This document shows, piece by piece, positions 38,448-48,460 of a DNA stretch of 64,000 nt. Below the pieces are notes generated by a model, which was not told where the DNA came from, ran no database searches, and saw only the letters and a program-made list of their open reading frames with translations. Each line of letters opens with the position of its first letter. The first letter of the stretch is position 1. The translations under genes and the position numbers were made by a program. This DNA is from an uncultured Acidobacteriota bacterium (GTDB lineage Bacteria; Acidobacteriota; UBA890), in NCBI GenBank assembly GCA_964430745.1, contig CAYSHI010000304.1, positions 5,180 to 69,179 of the forward strand, given 5' to 3'.

Positions 38448-38873
38448 TCAGGGACCGTCCACCTCCGACGCGGCGCTGTCCAAACGGTCGGCCAGCTCGA
38501 TGAGCTTGCGCCGCTGAGGGAAACTGAGGCTCGCGCCGACGTCTCGCTCGAGGTCCCGCAAGACGGCCGAGGCGTCGAATGCAAGCTGCGCGAGACGGTC
38601 GCAGTCGACACCCGAGTGACCGGTGGATCCATCGGAGGCGCCTTTCCTCCGGCCTCGGGCAGTCTTCTTCGCCCCGCCGGCGCTGGTCGTCGTCTTGTCC
38701 GTACCGGCGCCGCGTGACTGGTCCTCCGTCCAGCGCTCCAGCTCCCCGGGATCGAAGCGGACGTTGAAACCGATCTTGCGGTACGGGACCCGGTCGAGCC
38801 GCACCCACTCGTACAACGTCTTGGGGCGAATCCCGAGGTACTCCGCAGCTTCTTCGACCTTCCAGAGACCCAT
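38448..38873 (-). CDS. excisionase-family (HTH_17) DNA-binding protein with basic C-terminal tail
   Basis: Start at internal ATG 38873; VEEAAEYLGIRPKTLYEWVRLDRVPYRKIGFNVRFDPGELERW matches the excisionase/MerR-like HTH_17 pattern. Confidence 0.6.
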   Translation of the reverse strand: MGLWKVEEAAEYLGIRPKTLYEWVRLDRVPYRKIGFNVRFDPGELERWTEDQSRGAGTDKTTTSAGGAKKTARGRRKGASDGSTGHSGVDCDRLAQLAFDASAVLRDLERDVGASLSFPQRRKLIELADRLDSAASEVDGP

Positions 38874-39038
38874 TGCACCTCGGAATTGTGGAGACGGCGT
38901 CCTCAACAAGTACGCCCACGCTACCGCCGCGTCGTCGTCCCTTCAAGCGCGTCCGTTGCCGCCTCCCGACGCGGCGACTATACTCGAATTTCTTTTCAGG
39001 ATTTGTGAGTCGACGCCCTCTCGCCCCCGTTCACGGCC

Positions 39039-39596
39039 ATGACCGACGCCTCCGAAGCGCAGCTCAACGTCACCCCCTTGCGCCCGACCCACGTCCTGCG
39101 CAGCGAGCACCGCCAGATCGACGAGCAACTCGACGTGCTGTCCGCCGCGCTACGCCGTCTCGGCGATGGAGGGCCTGCCCCCGACGTGCTGGATCGGATC
39201 GAGAGCGTGGCCGGGTACATCGACGGCGAGATGGCCCTCCACCACCGAAAGGAAGAGGACTGCCTGTTTCCTTTCCTCGAGGGGTTCCTGGCCTCGGAGA
39301 ACCTTCATTTGGATGCACGCATCGCCGATCACGAGGACCTCAACATCATGAACGGCAAGTTCAAGGAGGCCCTCAACGAATGCCGCGAGCTGGCGGGCGG
39401 CCGACGCGCGGCGTTCTCGGCGCAGATGCTGCGCGGCTACGGCCTCTACATCGTGCACCTGGTGCGCGAGCACCTCCTGAAGGAGGACCAGATCCTCTTT
39501 CTCGTCGCGGACGAGTACCTCACGCCCGAACAGGAGGCGGAGATCCTCTCGCGCTTCGCCGCCATCGACCGAGCCGGCCAGCGCTCGGAAGGGTGA
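39039..39596 (+). CDS. hemerythrin-like domain protein
   Basis: 185 aa; HHE cation-binding pattern (H..H..E...H, HHRKEEDCLFP, HLVREH). Confidence 0.7.
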   Translation: MTDASEAQLNVTPLRPTHVLRSEHRQIDEQLDVLSAALRRLGDGGPAPDVLDRIESVAGYIDGEMALHHRKEEDCLFPFLEGFLASENLHLDARIADHEDLNIMNGKFKEALNECRELAGGRRAAFSAQMLRGYGLYIVHLVREHLLKEDQILFLVADEYLTPEQEAEILSRFAAIDRAGQRSEG

Positions 39597-39982
39597 GCGC
39601 GCCTCGCCCCTCGATCGCCCGTAAGCGGGAAGAGCAGGGCCGCCTCTTCTGGGTGTGGCTGCTGACGCTGCCCCTCCTCCTGCTGTTGGGCGCGAGTCGC
39701 GTGTTCGGGGCCCCCTGGCCCAATCCGCTCACGCAGCGGATCGGTTTCGTGGTGCTGGCGTTTCCGGTGTTGTTCGTCGTCGGAGAACCGTTGTTCGCGG
39801 CCGCCCGCGCGGCAATCGAGCGGCGGCGCCCCAACCTCTCACTGATCGTGGCGGGCATGGCCGCAGCAGGCTACGGCTGTGGTCTGCTGGCCATCTTCAC
39901 GTCCGCACCCCCACTGGCAGGCGCATCAGCACTGCTGGTTTCTGTGTACCTGACTCTTCGATACATCACAAGTAGGTATTGA
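39593..39982 (+). CDS. small integral membrane protein, hypothetical
   Basis: GTG at 39593 overlaps hemerythrin stop (GTGA); 3-4 hydrophobic helices; no known motif. Confidence 0.4.
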   Translation: MSAPRPSIARKREEQGRLFWVWLLTLPLLLLLGASRVFGAPWPNPLTQRIGFVVLAFPVLFVVGEPLFAAARAAIERRRPNLSLIVAGMAAAGYGCGLLAIFTSAPPLAGASALLVSVYLTLRYITSRY

Positions 39983-40220
39983 TGTGCAATGTTATGAAAC
40001 TCTATTATCAGGTACGTCTAGAGTTTCTTAGAGAGTCAGGACAGACAATCAGGGGACCGAACAGAACTCGGCTGACGGCAATCGGCCTGCCACGTAATCG
40101 GCTCACCCGCCGATAGCACGGCACCGCAGCCACGACGCCTCAACGCATTCTGCGCGACACCGGGAAGTCCGCTGAACGTGGAGTGATAAGTGCGCCATTG
40201 AAGCCTCGAGAGCAATCCTC

Positions 40221-41042
40221 ATGGATTCGGCGATGAACACGCAGATCGGAGTCTATCTAGAGCACTGGGGCCTGGCGGGTAAGCCATTCGAGAACGTCCC
40301 GGACCCCGAAAGCGTTTACCTGTCGGAAAGCCACAGCCAGGCGGTCGACCTGCTTGAATACGCGATCCGCGAGCGCAAATCGGCGGCGCTACTGACCGGC
40401 GAATACGGCACCGGGAAAACGACCATGGTGCGCGTGCTGCTCTCCAAGGTCGACCTCGAGCAGTTCAGCACCGTGCTGATCAATTACCCGTTGGTCGAGG
40501 GCGAGGCCCTCTTCCGAAACATGCTCCGGCAAATGGACGCGGAGCCCGCCGAAGACACCAACAAGAGCGATCTGTACGCCGAGTTGGGGTCGTGCTTTCT
40601 CAACAACGCCTCCCGCGGTCTGCACAATCTCGTCGTGCTCGACGAAGCCCAGTCGCTGCCGGCCGACTCTCTGTACGAAGAGCTGCGGCTGTTGCTCAAC
40701 TTCCAGCTCAATGACCGGAACCTGGTAACCCTCCTGCTCGTGGGACAGGACGACCTCTGGAACCGAGTTTCCCAACTGCCGCAGCTCGCGGACCGTTTCA
40801 CCGTCAAGTGTCGGCTTCAGGAGCTCGACCTCGAACAGACCGTCAGCTACATCCGTCACCGTCTCGAGCATTTTGCGGGAGACCCGAAGATCTTCTCCGA
40901 TGACGCTCTGCAGCTCATCCACGACAGCTCGAAGGGAATTCCCCGTCGCATCAACAACCTCTGCGACCTGTCGCTGCTCATGGGTTTCCAACGCCAGCTC
41001 AAGGTTGTCGGGCCCGAAATCGTGAAGACCATATGGGTGTGA
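40221..41042 (+). CDS. ExeA/GspA-like AAA ATPase (PEP-CTERM/EPS-locus-type secretion ATPase)
   Basis: 273 aa; Walker A GEYGTGKTT, Walker B VVLDEAQ; AAA_22 architecture as in ExeA-like ATPases found at EPS/exosortase loci. Confidence 0.8.
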   Translation: MDSAMNTQIGVYLEHWGLAGKPFENVPDPESVYLSESHSQAVDLLEYAIRERKSAALLTGEYGTGKTTMVRVLLSKVDLEQFSTVLINYPLVEGEALFRNMLRQMDAEPAEDTNKSDLYAELGSCFLNNASRGLHNLVVLDEAQSLPADSLYEELRLLLNFQLNDRNLVTLLLVGQDDLWNRVSQLPQLADRFTVKCRLQELDLEQTVSYIRHRLEHFAGDPKIFSDDALQLIHDSSKGIPRRINNLCDLSLLMGFQRQLKVVGPEIVKTIWV

Positions 41043-41046
41043 TGAA

Positions 41047-42330
41047 ATGACGAACCTCATCGATTTCATCAAGTCATACGATGAGCTTCGCAAGGACGCC
41101 CGGCCGGCCGAGGGGGAGGCCGGCAACGCCGACGAGAAGCAACCGGAGAGCGCCGGCAATGCGACCGACGCCACTCAACCCGCGTCGGCCGCTCAACCCG
41201 CGTCACCGGCCGCCGTCGCGCCGCCCGCATCTCCGGCGCCGCCCGCATCTCCGGCGCCGGTCGCATCTCCGGCGCCGGTCGCACCGCCCTCGCCGGCCTC
41301 CGGCGTCGAGGTGGCCCCTTCGCCGGCCGATGCCCGCTCCGCGGAGGACATGGCGACCGCGGCGCGAGAGCTCTACGGTCGCGCGGTAATGGCCGTGTCG
41401 CGCCTGTTCGAAGCGGCGGTGATGGAGAAGCTGACCCCGGGCAGGCTGATGGCGACCGTCAACGAGCTCGAAACAATCAGTCCGGAGATCGTTCGCTCGA
41501 CCGCTCAGGGGCGGGACCTCCTGCGCGAGGCGATGGGAACCTACACTGAGGGAGAAGGATTCATCCTGCCGCATTCCGTAAACGTGGCAATCCTCGCCGT
41601 CCATCTCGGACGAGAGCTCGAGCTCGCCGAATCCGGACTATCGCAGCTCTGTCTCGCCGGATTCGTCCACGATGTCGGTAGCGTGCAGCTGCCCTCCGGA
41701 CTGCTGACCAAGGCCGACAGCCTGACCCCGAGCGAATGGGAGCTGATGCGCTCGCGGCCGACGCGCAGCTACGAGATGCTGCACGCTCTGGGCGGACGCT
41801 ACGAGCTTGTGGCCGAGATTTCCCGCCAGGTTTACGAGCGCCTCGACGGAAGCGGCTACCCTCGCGGCCTCCGGGAGGACGAGATCCTACCCGAAGCTCG
41901 GATTCTCGGAACCGTCGACTTCTTCGAGTCCTTCGCCCACCCGAGGCCGTACAGAGCCACCGTTCCCGGCAGCGCCAATCACGGCATCCAGATGCTCATG
42001 CAGATGGCCGACAAGTTCGGCTCCGCGACACTGAAAGCATTGGTGGGAAGCATCGGGTTGTTCCCGATCGGCAGCTACGTGCGCCTCAGCGGCGGCGAGA
42101 TCGGGCGGGTCGTGGACGTAAAGAGAGAGAACCCCATGCGCCCACAGGTCGAGGTGCTCCTCACCGCCGAGCGACGGCCGCCGCGAGAATCCCGCACTCT
42201 GGATCTCCTGTCGATTCCGCATATTTACGTTTCGCGGGCGCTGACCGCGTCAGATCTACGGGAACTCGGCCTACTTCCGCCACCCAGCGAAATGCCACCC
42301 CTGTCCGGCCCCGAAGACAGCCGGTCGTAG
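41047..42330 (+). CDS. HD-GYP domain protein (c-di-GMP phosphodiesterase family) with Pro/Ala-rich repeat N-terminus
   Basis: HD motif FVHDVGS and GYP motif DGSGYPRGL; N-terminal PASPAP tandem repeats encoded by an 18-bp DNA repeat near 41206-41290. Confidence 0.8.
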   Translation: MTNLIDFIKSYDELRKDARPAEGEAGNADEKQPESAGNATDATQPASAAQPASPAAVAPPASPAPPASPAPVASPAPVAPPSPASGVEVAPSPADARSAEDMATAARELYGRAVMAVSRLFEAAVMEKLTPGRLMATVNELETISPEIVRSTAQGRDLLREAMGTYTEGEGFILPHSVNVAILAVHLGRELELAESGLSQLCLAGFVHDVGSVQLPSGLLTKADSLTPSEWELMRSRPTRSYEMLHALGGRYELVAEISRQVYERLDGSGYPRGLREDEILPEARILGTVDFFESFAHPRPYRATVPGSANHGIQMLMQMADKFGSATLKALVGSIGLFPIGSYVRLSGGEIGRVVDVKRENPMRPQVEVLLTAERRPPRESRTLDLLSIPHIYVSRALTASDLRELGLLPPPSEMPPLSGPEDSRS

Positions 42331-42338
42331 GAGGAATC

Positions 42339-43655
42339 GTGCGGCCCCGAGACAATCAACGTTACTCCTACGGAATCGCGAGCCCGCGCGCTCCTTGGCG
42401 TCGCGTCGCGAAGCCGTTGGCGGTTCTGTTCACGCTTCAGTTGTCCGGCATCGGTTGCGCGGCTCGTGCGCCGGAGTTGGCGACACCGACACGACCCGAC
42501 GAGCTCGCCCCACTGCTCGCGGTGTACGAGGAACAGCTCGACCAACAGGGAATCACACTCGAGGGCGCGGAAGACTACGTCATCGGGCGCTCCGAGTCTC
42601 CACTGCCCCCCGCCGAAGCGCCGGCCGACACGTGGCCAGCCGACATGGAGGCAGCGGGCGACGAGGTAGCCGGGACCGAAGCAGACGGATACGAAGCAAC
42701 GGTCAACGAGGCGACCGAGGGAGCCGGCGCCGATGGACCTACCGCCGCCGTCTCACCGTTCCAGGACACCGGGGGGCAGATGACCTTCAAGGTGGTCGAC
42801 GGTGTCGCCGAGTACGTCTTCGGGCCCGGCGACGTCGTACAGGTGATCACCTACCTGGGCCCGGAGCCTCCCACGACGACCACTCACCGCGTGCAAGCCG
42901 ACGGCAATATCCAGATCGCCCGCTTCGGCCTGGGCTCGGTTGTCGCCGCCGGTGCGACCCCCACCGAGCTGACCCGCGTCCTGACCGGGATGTTCCGGCA
43001 GTACGTTCCGGCCGGCTTGGCGGAAGTCCGTGTCGAGGAGTACAACGCGTGGTCGGCGACGCTGACCGGAGAGATACGCAACACGCCCAACGGAGGGGCC
43101 GGCAATTATCCGATCCGAGGCCGCATCTCTCTCGGTGAGTTCATCAACGCCTACGGCGGCCCGACCCCGAATGCCGACCTTGGCGACGTTCGCGTCGTGC
43201 GTCAGGGAAACGAGTTGCGTTTCGACCTGGCCTCGATTCTCGCGGGCGCGGCGGACGACCCCCCGGTGCGGGCGGGCGACATCGTGCAGGTCGCGTCGAT
43301 CGCACAGGGATCGAGCCGCATGTTCATCTTCGGAGAGGTCCGGGAACCCGGCGTCTATACCTACAGCGAGGGGATTTCCGTACTCGACGCCATAGCTCAG
43401 GCAGGTGGCTGGACGCAGACCGCAAAGCGAGACGCGGTATACGTTTCACGGCCGACCTCGGGGGAAGTGATACCCGTCAACCTCGACGTGACGCTCGGCG
43501 CCGGGCAGGTAGCCAGCGCGCCGGCTCTCGAACCCGGGGATTTCGTCGTCGTTCCGTTCTCTCCGGACCGCAGCCAGAAGATCCGCGACTGGGTCGGCAT
43601 CGCCAGCCTCATCCTCAGCGCCCTTACGATCCTAGAGCTCATACGCCGCGACTGA
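42339..43655 (+). CDS. polysaccharide export outer-membrane lipoprotein (Wza-like, SLBB domains)
   Basis: GTG start with RBS ggagga; lipobox LSGIGC; Poly_export/SLBB-like repeats (GDVVQVITY..., GDIVQVA...); the track ORF 41736.. is an extension. Confidence 0.8.
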   Translation: MRPRDNQRYSYGIASPRAPWRRVAKPLAVLFTLQLSGIGCAARAPELATPTRPDELAPLLAVYEEQLDQQGITLEGAEDYVIGRSESPLPPAEAPADTWPADMEAAGDEVAGTEADGYEATVNEATEGAGADGPTAAVSPFQDTGGQMTFKVVDGVAEYVFGPGDVVQVITYLGPEPPTTTTHRVQADGNIQIARFGLGSVVAAGATPTELTRVLTGMFRQYVPAGLAEVRVEEYNAWSATLTGEIRNTPNGGAGNYPIRGRISLGEFINAYGGPTPNADLGDVRVVRQGNELRFDLASILAGAADDPPVRAGDIVQVASIAQGSSRMFIFGEVREPGVYTYSEGISVLDAIAQAGGWTQTAKRDAVYVSRPTSGEVIPVNLDVTLGAGQVASAPALEPGDFVVVPFSPDRSQKIRDWVGIASLILSALTILELIRRD

Positions 43656-43656
43656 C

Positions 43657-45870
43657 ATGCACTACGAACTGAACCTCCGCGACTACGTCCGCATCTTCCA
43701 GAAACGCAAGTGGACAATCATCCTGATGCCGGTACTCGCCGGGCTGCTGGGGTACTTCCTCACCCAGGCGCCGACGACGATATACGAGGCGACCGGGCGC
43801 TTGAGAATCGTCTCGCGGGGTCAACAAATGGACCTCATGCTGCAGACCTTCTACTACTACGAAGAGGGGAATCGCCTCGACACGCACGCCGAAGTAATGA
43901 TGAGCCGAGAGGTGCTCAAGGAGGTGGCCACGGAACTGGGCCTGATCAATCGCACCAATGCCGACGGCTCGCCGGTCACCGACGCGGACATCGCAGACGA
44001 CGAAGCATGGAGGGGACAGTTGGCGCGTCTGCGCGAGGCCATCACGCCGAGGGCCGTCTCCGGCACCAGCATCCTGGAGGTCACCGTGGGCCTCCCCGAC
44101 CAAGCCCAGGCAATCTCGTATCTGAATGTCCTGCTCGATACCTACGCGGCGCGGAACCGGTATCAGATCAACCAGGATGTCATCGAAGGCAAGCGCTTCC
44201 TCGTTGATCGGCTTGCCATGATCGAGGCCGACCTGGACCGATCCCAGCAGCGGCTCTCCGACTTCATGCTCGAGAACGCCGAGCGCCTGAGCTTGGGCAC
44301 CGACGAGATCGCGGTGACGCAGCGCGAGCTACAGCGCGTGCAGCGCCGACTCGCGGACACACGGGCGGTGATTACGGTGCTCGATCAGGCCCGCGCCAGC
44401 AACTCACTGCCGCCCGGAGGATTGCTCGCCAACATGGGGGCGGACGACACTACGCTGGCCACCTTCGGACCGACTCTGCGAGCACTGGATGAGAGACGCA
44501 CCGAGCTTCTGACCTACCAGGCAGAGTCTTCACCCGAGGTCCTGGCGGTCGAGAACGAGATCCGAGCAACTGCGGAGTCCCTGCGAGAGTTCTTCGCGGT
44601 TGCGGCGGATGAGCTCGAGCGTGAGCGTGACCGCCTGCGTGAGAGGTTCCTGGCGATGCCGGCCAACGACGCGGAGCTCGAGCGGCTGCGGCGCGAGGTA
44701 GCGCTGAACGCTGAGATCCACACGCAGATACGTTCCAACCTGGAGCAGGCGAATCTGCGGGACGTTAAGCAAACCCAGGAGATCCAGATCATCGAGCGTG
44801 CGATCGACGCATCACCCGTGATCGAGTCCGGTCGTGCCAACCGAAGCCTCATTGCCGCCGTCATCGGACTGATGCTCGGAATCGTCGTGGCGCTCCTCGT
44901 GGAGACGCTCGACACGTCGATCGGCGCCATCGAGGACATCGAATCACTCCTCACCCTACCGGTTATCGGCATCGTCCCGACCATCGACTTCGACGAAGTC
45001 CGAACCGTCATCCGAGGCACATCGCCGCAGTTGCTCGAGAACCCCGACATCGATCAGATGGCGTCGCTGGTCACGCACTACGATCCGCGGTCGCCGGTTG
45101 CCGAGGCGTATCGAGCGTTGCGAACCAACGTCGAGAAATTGCGCGACGCCGCCGATGCCAAGGCCATCATGGTGACCAGCTCCGTGCTCGAAGAGGGCAA
45201 AACAACGACCTCCGCGAACCTGGCGCTGGCGTTCGCCCAGATGGGCCGCAAGACGATCCTGGTGGCGGCGGATCTACGACGACCCCATACGCACCGAGTG
45301 TTCGGCCTGGACAAGGAGCCCGGTCTCGCCGATGTGCTCACCGGCGGAATGACCTGGGAAGCGGCCACGCGCGGCCTCTCCGACATCCTTCTCGGCGACC
45401 TGCCGATGGACATCGTGATGCTCACGCCGGGGATGGACAACCTCCACATCCTGCCTTCCGGCTCGAACCCTCTGAACCCGGCGGAGCTGCTCAGCGGCCG
45501 GGCGATGAGCAACGTGATTACCGAGCTTCGGCAGGTATTCGACGTCATCGTCATCGACACCCCGCCGATCATCCCGGTCACGGACTCAGCGGTGCTGGCC
45601 GAGCACACCGACGGCATCGTGCTGGTCTACGAGGTGGGCAAGGTAGGCCGCGACGTCCTGCGCCGCGCCAAGGGCCACTTCGACAACGCCAAGGCCGACG
45701 TCTGGGGCATCGTCATGAACGACGTCCGCGCAGAGGCCGAGACCACGCTGCGCGACACGGACTACTACTACTATCACCACCGTTACGAGGAGGAGCAGTC
45801 GGGCTCGGCCTCGGGTGTCTTCGGAGGCCTGGGAAGAGCGGCGTCGAAGATCCTGGGTCGCCGCGCCTGA
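43657..45870 (+). CDS. polysaccharide co-polymerase / tyrosine autokinase (Wzc-like)
   Basis: 737 aa; N-terminal TM plus Wzz domain, coiled coil, second TM, C-terminal P-loop VTSSVLEEGKTTTSANLA, Walker B DVIVIDTPP, Tyr-rich tail DYYYYHHRY. Confidence 0.85.
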   Translation: MHYELNLRDYVRIFQKRKWTIILMPVLAGLLGYFLTQAPTTIYEATGRLRIVSRGQQMDLMLQTFYYYEEGNRLDTHAEVMMSREVLKEVATELGLINRTNADGSPVTDADIADDEAWRGQLARLREAITPRAVSGTSILEVTVGLPDQAQAISYLNVLLDTYAARNRYQINQDVIEGKRFLVDRLAMIEADLDRSQQRLSDFMLENAERLSLGTDEIAVTQRELQRVQRRLADTRAVITVLDQARASNSLPPGGLLANMGADDTTLATFGPTLRALDERRTELLTYQAESSPEVLAVENEIRATAESLREFFAVAADELERERDRLRERFLAMPANDAELERLRREVALNAEIHTQIRSNLEQANLRDVKQTQEIQIIERAIDASPVIESGRANRSLIAAVIGLMLGIVVALLVETLDTSIGAIEDIESLLTLPVIGIVPTIDFDEVRTVIRGTSPQLLENPDIDQMASLVTHYDPRSPVAEAYRALRTNVEKLRDAADAKAIMVTSSVLEEGKTTTSANLALAFAQMGRKTILVAADLRRPHTHRVFGLDKEPGLADVLTGGMTWEAATRGLSDILLGDLPMDIVMLTPGMDNLHILPSGSNPLNPAELLSGRAMSNVITELRQVFDVIVIDTPPIIPVTDSAVLAEHTDGIVLVYEVGKVGRDVLRRAKGHFDNAKADVWGIVMNDVRAEAETTLRDTDYYYYHHRYEEEQSGSASGVFGGLGRAASKILGRRA

Positions 45871-45885
45871 GGAGGGTCGCGCCTC

Positions 45886-47331
45886 ATGGCCTCTACGACC
45901 ACCGCCTCGACGAGCCTCAAGCACCCACCGAACCGGTCGGCGTCGCTGTCGCCGAATGCTGTCGGCATCATAGCGATTCTGATTCTCGCCCCCCTGATCG
46001 CCCTGTTGGCGGCGTCGGCTGAGCTCACCACCATCGGCATCTTCGCCGCGGCTCTGCTGCTGCTACTCGTCGTCCTGTGGTCGTCCGAGGCGACGTTTTA
46101 CGTGCTGATCCTGTCGATGCTGCTGTCGCCGGAGTTCATTGTCGGTCAGCTCGGCGGCGAGTCGGCGGCGACGGCGAGCCGCGGCGTGACGCTGCGACTC
46201 GACGACTACGTCATCCTCATCATCTCGTTCGCCTGGCTGATCCGCCTGGCGGTGTTCAAGGAGGCGGCGCTGCTGCGGCGCACCCCGCTGAACGCGCCGA
46301 TTCTCGTTTACCTGACCTTCGCCGCGCTGGTCACGCTCTGGGGCGGGATGATGGAGCGACTGAACCTGCTGACCGGGGTCTTCTTCATCCTCAAGTATCT
46401 CGAATACGCGTTCATCTATTTTCTCGTGGTGAACTACGTTCGCGATCGCACGCAGGTACGCCGGCTGTTGATCGCCGTGCTGGCGACCGCGGTGATCATC
46501 TCGATCATCGGCTTGGCTCAGATCCCGGCTGGTGGCCGCATCAGCGCGCCGTTCGAGGGTGAGCGGGGGGAGCCGAACACCCTGGGTGGCTACCTCGTCT
46601 TCACCATGGCGTTGGCGCTCGCGTACCTGGGAGAGGCGCGCACGGCAAAGGAGCGCTTCGCGTGGCTCGCCGCGGTGGCCATCATGACGGTGCCGCTGGC
46701 ATTCACGTATTCGCGAACATCGTGGCTCGCGTTTGTGGTCATGTTGTGCGCCACCATCCTCCTGAGCAGAAACAAGACGATCTTCCTGCTGCTCATCTCG
46801 GCGGGGCTGGTATTCCTTGTGCTGTCCCCGCCTCAGGCGCTCCTGGAACGCGCCACGTACACGCTCAGCTCGCACCGGGACAGCGTGTCGTTCCTGGGCT
46901 ACACCATCGAACCCTCGGCAGCCGCGCGCCTCGAAGCGTGGGTCACCGCCGCTCGCGTTCTGACCAAATATCCGGTTACCGGCGCAGGCGTGACCGGCGC
47001 CGGACTGATCGACGCGCAGTACCCGAGAATCCTGGCCGAGACCGGCCTCATCGGGTTCGGGCTCTTCTGCTGGATGGTCTGGCGCTTGTTCGGAACCGGC
47101 TTTCGACTGCGCCGCCTCGCATGCAACCGCACGGAGTCCGTTCTGGCGGCGGGCTTTCTCGCCGGCTTCGCCGGCATCTTGATGCACGGCATCGGCGCGA
47201 ACACGTTCATCATCGTCCGGATCATGGAACCGATGTGGATGATTGTCGGCCTGATCGGCGCGTCCCTGCTGATGCACCAGGACCAGAGCCGACAGACACC
47301 GGGCGCCGCAGCGCCCGGTGTGGAAGCCTGA
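45886..47331 (+). CDS. O-antigen ligase/polymerase-family membrane protein (Wzy-like)
   Basis: 481 aa, roughly 10-12 TM helices; large loop with conserved R/H between late helices, typical of the Wzy_C family. Confidence 0.7.
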   Translation: MASTTTASTSLKHPPNRSASLSPNAVGIIAILILAPLIALLAASAELTTIGIFAAALLLLLVVLWSSEATFYVLILSMLLSPEFIVGQLGGESAATASRGVTLRLDDYVILIISFAWLIRLAVFKEAALLRRTPLNAPILVYLTFAALVTLWGGMMERLNLLTGVFFILKYLEYAFIYFLVVNYVRDRTQVRRLLIAVLATAVIISIIGLAQIPAGGRISAPFEGERGEPNTLGGYLVFTMALALAYLGEARTAKERFAWLAAVAIMTVPLAFTYSRTSWLAFVVMLCATILLSRNKTIFLLLISAGLVFLVLSPPQALLERATYTLSSHRDSVSFLGYTIEPSAAARLEAWVTAARVLTKYPVTGAGVTGAGLIDAQYPRILAETGLIGFGLFCWMVWRLFGTGFRLRRLACNRTESVLAAGFLAGFAGILMHGIGANTFIIVRIMEPMWMIVGLIGASLLMHQDQSRQTPGAAAPGVEA

Positions 47332-48460
47332 AGGGCGCGGCGTGGGTGCATCAACGACTACGGCCGGTCGCAAGGTCTTCTACGTCTCGCACCACTCGAG
47401 CATCGTCGGAGGCGGCGAGATCAGCCTGTTGACGCTGATCGAGGGGCTCCGAGATACCGAGTGGTCGCCGACACTGGTGCTGCCGGAGCGTGGGCAGCTG
47501 TCAGAGATGGCGATCGAGGCGGGCGCCTCGATATTGGAGGCTCCCATGCCCACGCTGCGTCGACCCGGCCGATCGGTGCTGGCTTCGTTACGATCGATCC
47601 GTCGCCAGATGAAGGCCGCGTGTCCCGATATCGTGCACGCCAACGGCACCCGGGCGATGTTCTACGGGGGGCTTGGAGCCCGTGCCGCCGGCTGCCCGTC
47701 GATCTGGCACTTGCGCATCCTCGAGAAAGACAAACGGTTCGATCCGATTCTCGTGCGTCTGGCGACCGCTTCGATCGCCGTGTCCGAAGCAGCGCGCGCT
47801 CGGCTGGAAGCCTGGCCGGGCGCTCTTGGAAGGTGCCGGGTCGTCCCCAATGGTATCGACCTGGCCTCTTTCGCAGCCTCGACGCCGCGCCGGGAAACGA
47901 GAGAAATTCTCGGGATCCGCCCCGATTCCACCGCCGTCGTTTCCGTGAGTCGGTTGGTCGATTTCAAACGGCTCGACCTGCTGCTCGAGGCCCTGGCGCG
48001 ATTACGCCCTCAGAATCCCGACCTCGAGTGCGTCATCGTGGGAAAGGGGCCGGAAGAAGCAGCGTTGCGTGAACGCGCGGCGCGACCCGACCTCGCGGGG
48101 GCCGTGGTCTTCGCGGGCCACCGGGACAATATCGCCGACATCCTCTCGGCGTGCGACTTGTTCGTCCTCACCTCGCCTGTCGAATCGTTCGCACGCTCGG
48201 TCATCGAGGCCATGGCGATGGAGCTGCCGGTGGTCGCCCCCGAGGCGGGCGGCCCCTCGGAGATCGTCGTGCACCAGAAAACCGGCCTGATGGTCAGACC
48301 CGGTGATGTCGACACGCTGGCCGACGCGATCGCCCGGCTGTTGGACGAACCGCAGCAGCGCAGGACGATGGGACTGTCCGGGAGACGGCGTGCGGAGGAG
48401 AACTACTCCCGGAAGACACACACCGAGAACGTGCTCAGCTGTTACGAGGAGCTCCTGTGA
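47318..48460 (+). CDS. glycosyltransferase family 4
   Basis: GT-B fold; C-terminal EX7E region FVLTSPVESFARSVIEAMAMELPVVA; start uncertain (ATG 47318 or GTG 47342). Confidence 0.8.
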   Translation: MWKPEGRGVGASTTTAGRKVFYVSHHSSIVGGGEISLLTLIEGLRDTEWSPTLVLPERGQLSEMAIEAGASILEAPMPTLRRPGRSVLASLRSIRRQMKAACPDIVHANGTRAMFYGGLGARAAGCPSIWHLRILEKDKRFDPILVRLATASIAVSEAARARLEAWPGALGRCRVVPNGIDLASFAASTPRRETREILGIRPDSTAVVSVSRLVDFKRLDLLLEALARLRPQNPDLECVIVGKGPEEAALRERAARPDLAGAVVFAGHRDNIADILSACDLFVLTSPVESFARSVIEAMAMELPVVAPEAGGPSEIVVHQKTGLMVRPGDVDTLADAIARLLDEPQQRRTMGLSGRRRAEENYSRKTHTENVLSCYEELL

